The translations under genes were made by a program, and so were the position numbers. 64,000 nt of DNA from Elusimicrobiota bacterium (lineage in GTDB: Bacteria; Elusimicrobiota; Endomicrobiia; CG1-02-37-114; JAHJSO01). Under the pieces are notes generated by a model. That model ran no database searches and was not told the DNA's origin. It worked only from the letters and a program-made list of their open reading frames with translations. Within the stretch, counting starts at the first letter, position 1. Each line of letters begins with the position of its first letter. Positions 1-8,700 of the stretch are shown piece by piece. The stretch lies in assembly GCA_043826435.1 (NCBI GenBank), contig JBDRQF010000007.1:973-64972 (forward strand), read 5' to 3'.

Positions 1-178
1 CATAAAAAAATACCGAAATAAGCTCGGTATTTCGCAAGATATCTTATCAAAAAAGGCGAATTTGGCTTTTCATACGATTGCCAAAATAGAAGCGGGAGCG
101 ACGCCTAACCCTACCATTGATACTGTTAAAAAAATCGCGGACGCATTGGGCGTTTCGCTTGATGTTTTAATGAAATAA
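1..178 (+). CDS. XRE-family helix-turn-helix regulator (5' partial; missing from ORF track)
   Basis: Frame starting at nt 2 reads IKKYRNKLGISQDILSKKANLAFHTIAKIEAGATPNPTIDTVKKIADALGVSLDVLMK*, a typical Cro/C1 HTH; stop TAA 176-178, 2 nt before the MTase ATG. Confidence 0.85.
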   Translation, partial: IKKYRNKLGISQDILSKKANLAFHTIAKIEAGATPNPTIDTVKKIADALGVSLDVLMK

Positions 179-180
179 AT

Positions 181-1218
181 ATGACAGCAAAATCTTTAAA
201 CAAAAATTTACATAGAGCGAACCAAGCCAAGAAAGACGAGTTTTATACTCAGCTTGTTGATATTGAAAAAGAACTCAAACACTATAAAGATCAGTTTCGT
301 GGCAAGATTGTTTATTGTAATTGTGACGATCCATTTGAAAGCAATTTTTTAAAATACTTCGCCGCTAATTTCAACGCGCTCGGATTAAGGAAACTCATCA
401 CTACGAGTTATGTAAAGTCACCAATTGTCGGCGGACAGTTGCCGTTGTTTGAAGTAGAAGGATTGAAGCCGTCGGGCAAAGAACCATTCAAAATTGAAAT
501 CAAAGAAGTGCCAGATAGCGACAAAGATGGCGCGATAAACCTTGATGACGTGGAGCATTTATTAAAACATGACAAAAACACTGCCACGCCCCTGAAAGGC
601 AATGGTGATTTTAGAAGTGATGAATGTGTAGAATTGCTCAAGCAAGCTGATATCGTTGTGACCAACCCACCCTTTTCTCTTTTTCGCGAATACGTTGCAC
701 AGTTAATGGAGTATAAAAAGAAATTTTTAATCCTGGGTCAACAAGGTGCAATTATTTATAAAGAATTCTTTCCTTTGGTAAAAGAAAATAAAGTTTGGCT
801 TGGGTATGACAACGGTGGCACAAAATGGTTTCAAGTTCCGATGGATTATGACATTCCAACAGAGTCAAGAAAGAAAATTGTAAACGGTGTGAAATATTTT
901 AGTATGGGAAGCGTTAATTGGTATACAAATCTTTATGTCTCTAAACGTCATAATGAATTTACTTTGTATAAAAAGTATTCCCCAAAAGAATATCCAAAAT
1001 ATGACAACTATAATGCTATCAATGTAAATCGATTTATTGATATTCCAAAAGATTATAACGGAGTAATGGGGGTACCAATAACTTTTCTTGATAAACACAA
1101 TCCTGATCAGTTTGAAATTATTGGGTTAGATAGATATACAGGAAAAAATGGCGACAAAGACTTTACTGTTAACGGTAGGTTATTGTTTCGGCGTTTATTA
1201 ATAAAAAAGAAAAAATAG
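181..1218 (+). CDS. Adenine-specific DNA methyltransferase, M.EcoRI family
   Basis: 345 aa; KKDEFYT, VYCNCDDP and DIVVTNPPFSLFREY (NPPF motif IV), as in EcoRI_methylase-family proteins. Confidence 0.88.
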   Translation: MTAKSLNKNLHRANQAKKDEFYTQLVDIEKELKHYKDQFRGKIVYCNCDDPFESNFLKYFAANFNALGLRKLITTSYVKSPIVGGQLPLFEVEGLKPSGKEPFKIEIKEVPDSDKDGAINLDDVEHLLKHDKNTATPLKGNGDFRSDECVELLKQADIVVTNPPFSLFREYVAQLMEYKKKFLILGQQGAIIYKEFFPLVKENKVWLGYDNGGTKWFQVPMDYDIPTESRKKIVNGVKYFSMGSVNWYTNLYVSKRHNEFTLYKKYSPKEYPKYDNYNAINVNRFIDIPKDYNGVMGVPITFLDKHNPDQFEIIGLDRYTGKNGDKDFTVNGRLLFRRLLIKKKK

Positions 1219-1219
1219 T

Positions 1220-2326
1220 ATGAAAATCGATCTACAAAAAATTAAAATCCGAAAAGTAATTACTGGCTATAAAGATAGCGCCGAGGAAGGCGTGGTGGCG
1301 TACGGCGGTAAACTAGATATTCGCCCGAAATATCAGCGCGAGTTTGTTTACAAGGAAAAGCAACGCGATGCCGTAATAGAAACCGTAAAAAAGGGTTTTC
1401 CGTTGAATGTGATGTATTGGATGATTAGAGATGATGGTGGCTACGAAGTGCTGGATGGTCAACAGCGCACTATTAGCATCGGTCAATATATAAATGGCGA
1501 TTTTTCTCTGAATAACCGTTTTTTCCATAATTTAACCAAAGAAGAGCAGGATAAAATTTTGGATTATGAACTGATGATTTATCTTTGCGAAGGCACTGAT
1601 AAAGAGCGGATCGATTGGTTTACGGTCATAAATACGTACGGAGAAAAGGTGAACGAGCAAGAAATTCGCAACGCGGTTTATACCGGCCCGTGGCTATCCG
1701 ACGCTAAATTGAAATTCAGCAAATCAAATTGTGCGGCTTATCTTTTGGCAAATGACGGCGGGCAATTAGTAAGCGGCTCACCGATACGGCAAGATTATTT
1801 AGAAACCGCACTTTCATGGATCAATGACGGCAATATTGAGGATTACATGGCAAAACATCAGCACGATAAAAGTGCTGACGAGCTATGGGATTATTTTCAA
1901 AATGTAATTGAGTGGGTAAGAACAGTTTTTCCAAATTATCGTCGGGAAATGAGTAATGTGCCGTGGGGCGTGCTGTATAACCAATTCAAAGGTAAAAAAT
2001 TTGATTCAAAAAAACTGGAAAAGGAAATAACCGCGCTGATGCAAGATGAGGACATAACTAAAAAATCCGGTATTTACGAATACGTTTTGACTAGAAATGA
2101 AAAGTTTTTGAATATCCGCGCTTTCACCGACAGGATGAAGCGAGAAGCGTATGAGAGGCAAAAAGGCATTTGCCCACACTGCAAAGGCGAGAATAAGAAA
2201 AAGAAATGGGAAATTGAAGAAATGGAGGCCGATCATATAAAACCTTGGCACGAAGGCGGAAAAACTACCGCTGAAAATTGCCAGATGTTGTGCAAGGAAC
2301 ACAATCGAACTAAATCTGGAAAGTAA
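1220..2326 (+). CDS. GmrSD-family (DUF262) protein with C-terminal HNH endonuclease
   Basis: PKYQREFVY and EVLDGQQR (DUF262/ParB-like motifs); C-terminal CPHC...EADHIKPWHEGGKTTAENCQMLCKEHN (HNH with Zn ligands). Confidence 0.88.
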   Translation: MKIDLQKIKIRKVITGYKDSAEEGVVAYGGKLDIRPKYQREFVYKEKQRDAVIETVKKGFPLNVMYWMIRDDGGYEVLDGQQRTISIGQYINGDFSLNNRFFHNLTKEEQDKILDYELMIYLCEGTDKERIDWFTVINTYGEKVNEQEIRNAVYTGPWLSDAKLKFSKSNCAAYLLANDGGQLVSGSPIRQDYLETALSWINDGNIEDYMAKHQHDKSADELWDYFQNVIEWVRTVFPNYRREMSNVPWGVLYNQFKGKKFDSKKLEKEITALMQDEDITKKSGIYEYVLTRNEKFLNIRAFTDRMKREAYERQKGICPHCKGENKKKKWEIEEMEADHIKPWHEGGKTTAENCQMLCKEHNRTKSGK

Positions 2327-2347
2327 AAACTCGCGGGCGCTTAACTT

Positions 2348-4051
2348 ATGAATGTATCTTACTTAGAGCCAATTTTAAAAAGTCTCGATCCTTCACTTTT
2401 TCAAAATATCATTTTGGGTGTTTTGGCAATTTTCATTCCCTTCGCGATTGTTTTTCTAACCGATATTTTAAATTCAAAAAAGGAAAAGCGAAGTGAATTT
2501 GAAAAAATGGTTTTAAGTGATGAAGTATTAGGAACAAAAAAGATTTTTTGGTTAGCGATAACGGGTATAGTTTTCTTTGCTTTCTTTTCCGGAAAAGATA
2601 TTTCCTTATCTGCAAAAGTAATATCTATTTTTGCTGCCTTGATTTTAATTTTTCTCTTTTGGACCCCCTTTAAGAAGATTTTGAGGTTTTCCGAGGGCAA
2701 TAAGCCTGAATTTGAAATACCTTTTTTGAAGAAGTTAAGCTTTTCTAAACTGCTTTGGTTCAAAAACAAAAGAAAGGCAGAGAAATTATTTAGGGCATGG
2801 AACTCTTTTTGGTCTGAAAAATCAGAAATTAACGAAAGAGATTTTACAAATATTTTTATTGTTCACATTGACGAAGCCGTAAAACACGGGGAACTAAATC
2901 TTGCAATTCAACTCTCACAAACCTATGTAAATAACATTGAGAAGCGGGACCGCTTTTCCATTGGCTATGAGATTTTACCAAAAATTTTTGAATGGAACGA
3001 GATACTTTGGAATGAGCAACAACTTTGGCTAAAAGGATACGATACAGAGAAAAGAATTCAAAATCTAATTTCGCAAAAGCATTTTCCAACATTCAGGAAT
3101 TGGATTTTGAAGTCGTATAATAAAATAAATTTAAAAAGAGATCGTTTTTGGAACTGGCATTATTTCGGTGGAGAATTTTTTCAAGCAATAATCAAAGCAT
3201 TGCTTAAAGACGGACACGGACCATATCAACTCTTTTCTTCATTCAAAAAACATATTGAAGAAAGTGAGAAAAAACTAGATAAGATTGAAGATGAAAAAGA
3301 GAAAGAAAAATATTGGCACTACATTACTAGGCTTTTCGCAAGTTTTTGTCCTACTTTTTTTAATGAAATAGATAAAGCGCCGTCAAATTATAGTATTTGG
3401 GAACATGATTTTCCGAAAGAGTGGAAAGTAACAATCGCCAACAAAGATAATAGGATTCCTCGCGTTATCCTGCATGAATTCTTGCAGTGGTCGCGGGATC
3501 GTATTTTTAAAAAAGAAAACGAGGAAAACTTTGATAAAGATTTAACTGAAGTAATAAATGGAATTTTCCCGAATGTACACTCATCGCTATTTACAACATT
3601 TTTAATGTTGTTTTTCTCAAGCGAAATCAAATATGCGATAGAAAAAGAACCTAATTTTTATATCTTGGGCGTAAGTGTGTCGTGGTCTGGGTCTATTGAA
3701 GAAAGTGAAGAAGATGGAAATAAAAGACTTTCTGAAATGATGAGGGCAAAAGAAATTTCACAAAAAGATGAAACCATGCAGATTATCCTTAAATTTTTTC
3801 ATTTTTGGTCAACGCTTACAATTTATAAAGATAACTTGAGTGAAGATGAATCAAAAAAATGGAGTAGCTATACAGAGGGGCAGAGACAGTTAATAGTGAA
3901 AAAAGTTAGAAAGGAAAAATTAGAGAAAATTAAGATAGATATAGAAAGCGACGAGATTAAAAAAATCTGCAAGGATTCCGAACGAAAAGAATTGTACAGA
4001 AAAGAATTTTTGGAGTTGGTTGAACTACTGCTTTCGGAAATAGAAAAATAA
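2348..4051 (+). CDS. Hypothetical membrane-anchored protein (about 3 N-terminal TM helices, large soluble helical domain)
   Basis: 567-aa ORF; hydrophobic segments at about aa 18-40, 65-80 and 87-105; no recognisable catalytic motif. Confidence 0.7.
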   Translation: MNVSYLEPILKSLDPSLFQNIILGVLAIFIPFAIVFLTDILNSKKEKRSEFEKMVLSDEVLGTKKIFWLAITGIVFFAFFSGKDISLSAKVISIFAALILIFLFWTPFKKILRFSEGNKPEFEIPFLKKLSFSKLLWFKNKRKAEKLFRAWNSFWSEKSEINERDFTNIFIVHIDEAVKHGELNLAIQLSQTYVNNIEKRDRFSIGYEILPKIFEWNEILWNEQQLWLKGYDTEKRIQNLISQKHFPTFRNWILKSYNKINLKRDRFWNWHYFGGEFFQAIIKALLKDGHGPYQLFSSFKKHIEESEKKLDKIEDEKEKEKYWHYITRLFASFCPTFFNEIDKAPSNYSIWEHDFPKEWKVTIANKDNRIPRVILHEFLQWSRDRIFKKENEENFDKDLTEVINGIFPNVHSSLFTTFLMLFFSSEIKYAIEKEPNFYILGVSVSWSGSIEESEEDGNKRLSEMMRAKEISQKDETMQIILKFFHFWSTLTIYKDNLSEDESKKWSSYTEGQRQLIVKKVRKEKLEKIKIDIESDEIKKICKDSERKELYRKEFLELVELLLSEIEK

Positions 4052-4171
4052 AATGCGGCGCGCCAACTTCGTTGGCACAAATTCCGTCGGCGTCCAAAGT
4101 TCGCAGTCCGGATTTTCGTCAAAAAAGGTTCGGATTTTGTCCAAAAGGTGCCGTTTTATTCTTCTGGGTAA

Positions 4172-4221
4172 TACGCTCATCAGAACAACAGGATACCAAT
4201 GGATAGAAAAGAACTGGGACT
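4172..4221 (+). repeat. 50-bp direct repeat, copy 1 (left of fic)
   Basis: tacgctcatcagaacaacaggataccaatggatagaaaagaactgggact; 48/50 identical to 5634-5683. Confidence 0.95.
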
Positions 4222-4351
4222 GATAATCAAAGAAGGCGAAGGACTGACAATAGAGTTCAGAGGTGGGTTTATCCTGCCGACAACAAGAGGGTACTGACAA
4301 AGGAAACTGTAGAGAAAACTATCAAGAAAACTATAGAGGAAACTACTAAAA
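4199..4351 (+). pseudogene. Collapsed relic of an AlbA_2/Schlafen-HATPase-HTH type gene
   Basis: 4199-4297 reads MDRKELGLIIKEGEGLTIEF..* (AlbA_2-like N-terminus); 4303-4350 is four 12-bp repeats encoding ETVE-KTIK-KTIE-ETTK in another frame, like the pre-HTH repeat linker of such proteins. Confidence 0.55.
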
Positions 4352-5398
4352 ATGTTTAAACCAAAATTTGCCATAACGGCTAAAATCAATAAGGCACTTG
4401 TTGAGATAGAACGTGTGCGAGGATTCCTTGATGCTGTTAAACTCAAGGACGACTGGATTTCTGATATGCAGAAAAGAGCACTTATTCTTGAATCTCATCA
4501 TTCCACGCACATTGAGGGAACGGCATTAAGTCTTGAACAGGCAAAAAGCATTCTGGAAGGCAAGAAAATCAAGGGTATCAACCGGGATGACGAGAAAGAA
4601 CTTTTGAATTACAAGAAGGCAATGGATTTTATTTCAAAGTATCTTGGTAAAGAAGACCCTGTCACGGAAGGTCTTATCAGAGAACTACATAAAATATCAG
4701 TAAAAGGAGTGCGTGACGAGCAGGCAGATCCGGGCAATTACAGAAAGATACAAAACTATGTTGTTAATTCCAGAACCCGTGCGGTCATTTACACTCCATC
4801 GCCACCCCTTGACGTTCCTCGTCTTATGAAGGAATTTGTGGAATGGATTAACACCACAGGAGACGTTTCCCCCGTTCTCGTTGCAGGCATATCGCAGTTT
4901 CAGTTCGTCCATATTCACCCGTTTATTGATGGCAATGGCAGGACTGCAAGACTTCTCTCAACGCTTATTCTCTATAAGACCGGCTATGACTTCAAACGGC
5001 TATTTACCATTTCTGAGTATTACGACAAAGACAGGCCAGGTTATTATCAGGCAATACAATCTGTTCGTAGGAATAAGCTGGATATGACCGTATGGTTGGA
5101 GTATTTTGTAAATGGACTGCAGTCACAAATGGAAGAAATCCAGCAAAAAGGGGAACAGATTATAAAACAGGATGTTGCGTTACAGAAGATTAAAAAAATC
5201 GGGTTAAACCTGCGTCAGGAAAAGGCAATTAAATATATCATAAAAAATGGCAAAATTACTGTGAATGAATATCGGTCTGTGGCTTCCTGTATCAGGAGAA
5301 CGGCCCAGAGAGATTTGGAAGAACTGATTGTTAAAGGCGTTATTAAGGCGGTCGCTAAAAGTGCTACAGATCCCACAAAGTATTATGTTTTACTGTAA
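4352..5398 (+). CDS. Fic-family protein (class II-like) with C-terminal winged HTH
   Basis: Canonical HPFIDGNGRTAR Fic motif; N-terminal STHIEG inhibitory motif (S/T)xxxE(G/N); C-terminal HTH (ITVNEY..RRTAQRDLEEL). Confidence 0.92.
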   Translation: MFKPKFAITAKINKALVEIERVRGFLDAVKLKDDWISDMQKRALILESHHSTHIEGTALSLEQAKSILEGKKIKGINRDDEKELLNYKKAMDFISKYLGKEDPVTEGLIRELHKISVKGVRDEQADPGNYRKIQNYVVNSRTRAVIYTPSPPLDVPRLMKEFVEWINTTGDVSPVLVAGISQFQFVHIHPFIDGNGRTARLLSTLILYKTGYDFKRLFTISEYYDKDRPGYYQAIQSVRRNKLDMTVWLEYFVNGLQSQMEEIQQKGEQIIKQDVALQKIKKIGLNLRQEKAIKYIIKNGKITVNEYRSVASCIRRTAQRDLEELIVKGVIKAVAKSATDPTKYYVLL

Positions 5399-5473
5399 CA
5401 TCTTACTGTGACATTACTGTGACATTTACTGTGACAGCGATATAGGACACTATGGGACATGCTTATAGGACAC
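5390..5473 (+). repeat. Short tandem arrays at the fic 3' end
   Basis: TTACTGTRACA at 5390, 5403, 5414, 5426; TATAGGACAC at 5441 and 5464, with a variant TATGGGACAT at 5451. Confidence 0.85.
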
Positions 5474-5633
5474 TGGCTTGATACTGTGAGACAAGGTGTT
5501 TTTTACCCAGAGGACTTATAATGATGCGGAATTTGAAGGAGTCGGAAAAGCAGACGGGACAATAGACCCGGGTATCAGGGCTTAATGGGTTTTGAAAGGC
5601 GTCGCTGGCGCTCCGTTTATTCTCATAAGGTGC

Positions 5634-5683
5634 TACGCTCATCAGAACAACAGGATACCAATGGATAAAAAAGAACTGGAACT
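5634..5683 (+). repeat. 50-bp direct repeat, copy 2 (right of fic), containing a second stub MDKKELEL
   Basis: tacgctcatcagaacaacaggataccaatggataaaaaagaactggaact; ATG 5661 opens only 15 codons. Confidence 0.95.
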
Positions 5684-5704
5684 ACGGGAAAATTTAATTC
5701 GGTA

Positions 5705-8700
5705 TTAACCAATTTCTACTTCTGCCAGATGTTCCTTGCGGTCGTCAACAAGCATAATTTCCTTATTTTCCCGTTCAGCGCCGTCAAGTAATACTTTTAT
5801 AACATCGTTTCCCGTTCCTGTAATACTGATGTTTATATGGTAGAAAGTTTCCCTGTGCCTGTAATGCAGTTTAAAGAACTTCCATTCTTCGGGTAAACAA
5901 GGTGAAACAAAACGCAATTTATCAATTTCAACCTTTAATCCAATCAATGATTCAACCAGCAGCCGGTACATCCAGCCGGCAGAACCGGTGTACCATGTCC
6001 AGCCGCCCCGTCCAATGTGTTGAGGATTAGTATATACGTCAGCCGCGACAACATACGGTTCAACTTTATAAGTTAAAATTTCCTTGTTGGTTTTCCCGTG
6101 GTTTATCGGATTAATTATTGAAAACAGTTCCCATGCTTTTTGTTTTTGCCCCATTTTAGCAAATGCCATAATTGCCCAAATCGCAGCATGCGTATATTGT
6201 CCCCCGTTTTCTCTTATTCCCGGAGCATAACCTTTTATGTATCCCGGTTCTTTTGGTGTTTTATCAAAAGGAGGTTTTAATAATAAAATCAATGAATTTT
6301 TTCTGTCAACCAGATGGTTATCAAGAGAATCCATCGCCGTGCGTGATTTATTTAAATCGCCTGCTTCCGATAAAACTGACCAGCTCTGTGAAATGGAATC
6401 GATTTGACACTCTATGTTTTCAGCTGAACCGAGGGCGTCGCCGTTATCAAAATAAGCCCGTAAATACCAATTGTCCTTCCAGCCGTATTCGTCAATATTT
6501 TTCTTCAGTCGGTTTGCCTCGCTAATACAGAATTCCTTAAAATTACCGTCTCCGTGTAAGTTAGCTATTTCGGAAAACTGAATAAACACATGATACAAAA
6601 AGAACCCTAACCAAACGCTTTCTCCTTTACCCTGAACTCCGACAAGGTTCATACCGTCATTCCAGTCCCCGCCGCGCATAAGAGGTAACCCATGATGTCC
6701 GTATTTCAACCCGAATCTGATAGCCCTTACGCAATGCTCATATAAAGTGCCGAGTTCATCGGATTTAGCGGGTTTATCATAATATGACTCTTCTTCCTGT
6801 TTTAATTGACGGCCCTCAATAAAATTTATTTTTTCGTCAAGCACACCCGTGTCTCCGGTAGCCGTAACATAACGGGCGACGGCAAGCGGTAACCATAAGT
6901 AATCGTCCGAACAATGAGTGCGTGTGCCGCGGTCTATCGGCGGGTGCCACCAGTGCTGCACATCTCCTTCTTTAAATTGTTGCGCGGCGGAACGCAGGAT
7001 ATGTTCTCTGACAAGTTCCGGCTTCGCGTAAGTAACAGCCATGACATCCTGTAACTGGTCGCGAAAACCAAACGCTCCGCTTGACTGATAATACCCGCTC
7101 CTGGCAAAAATCCGGCTGGCTAAAGTCTGGTAAAGGAGCCATCCGTTAATCAAAAAATTAACAGGCTGGTCAGGTGTTTCCACATATACAGTGCCGAGGT
7201 TATGTTTCCAGTAATTCCAGACATTTTCCAGTTCGGCATGCGCATAATCGGAATTCCTGAATTTTTGAATAATGTTTTGAATTTCTTCACCGCTTTTTCC
7301 TGAACCAAACGCGAAAATAATTTCACGCTCTTCTTCATCGGCAAGTTCAATTTGTACCTGCATTGTTGCGCAAGGGTCCAGCCCCGGGCCCGTTTTACCG
7401 GATAATTTTGTCAGTTTCATGGCTGACGGGTTGGAAAGAGTTCCGTTCCTGCCGATAAATTCCGCCCTATCTCCTGTGACAGAGCGTTTTGCTTCGTTTA
7501 CATCAAGAAATACAACACGTTTGGAAAATTCGGTACTAAACAAATTTCTGGCAAGCATGGCGCCGCTCTGGGGGTCTATTTCAGTTATGATATGCATTGA
7601 ATTCTTTTGACGTAAAGTGCCGAGCACTAATTCACAATAATTGGTGATTGACAGTTTGCGAAGACGCCCGGAACAATTTTTTATTTTCAGAACAGAAAAC
7701 TTAACGGGGTCGTTTATGGAAACATACACGGTCAAAACAGAGATAATCCCATCATCTTTGTATTCAAAAATGCTGTAACCAAACCCGTGCTTGCTTATAT
7801 AAGGCATGGGGCCCCTTGCCGGTAAAGGTGTCGGAGACCAGAATTTACCTGTTTCTTCATCGCGAATATACATGGTTTCGCCGGTCGTGTCACTAATCGG
7901 GTCATTATACCAAGGGGTAAGACGAAATTCATGCGCATTCTCGCTCCATGTGTATGCCCCTCCGCTCTCTGATATAACCGTTCCGAAATTCGGGTTCGCC
8001 AAAATATTTACCCATGGTAACGGTGTTACCTGCCCCGGTTTTGTAACAATTATATATTCACGGCCGTCTTGAGTAAACCCGCCTATTCCGTTGAAGAAAA
8101 CAAGGTCCGGCCTGATTTCTTCTTTTTGCGGGATATTTTTGCTCTCGTATATTTTTATGGGTTTAACCGCTGTGATAGATGTTTCTAAATGACTCCTGTG
8201 TTCAATTTGTTCTAATAACGTTCCTCCGGTATCTGTGATAACTATACGCGCAACCGTCTGTATTAAAATCTTATCTTCGTCAGAGATATGTTCCGCGCGT
8301 CTTACAAAAATACCTCCCGGATTATTAACTGCATGTGATTCGTGGCTTGCCGCCAGCATGCCCATAATTTGGTCGTGAAGCTGTTGGCGATATACAGAAT
8401 GGTCTTCATTCAAAATCATGAGGTCAACAATAAGTCCTTTTCTTCGCCAGTAGGCATGCGCGCTAATAAGTTGCCGGACAAGTTCTATATTCATACTATC
8501 GCTTATTTTTAGAAGCACTATGGGCAAATCGCCCGAAATACCGTAACCCCATAAATCGGATTGTCCCCGGGTATTTTTGGTTAAGGTAACTGTGTTCGCT
8601 CTCCATAAGGGATTCGCATAAAGTATTGAACTCGTCAGGCTGCTATAAAGATTAGCGTCTGCTTCCGTTGTATTTAATTGCTGCAGAACAATCTGTCCAT

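Noticed and set aside
4352-5398. Fic as a gyrase-targeting FicT toxin linked to the gyrA/gyrB oddities
   Set aside because: It carries its own inhibitory motif, has no FicA partner and lies 33 kb away; nothing in the sequence ties it to gyrase
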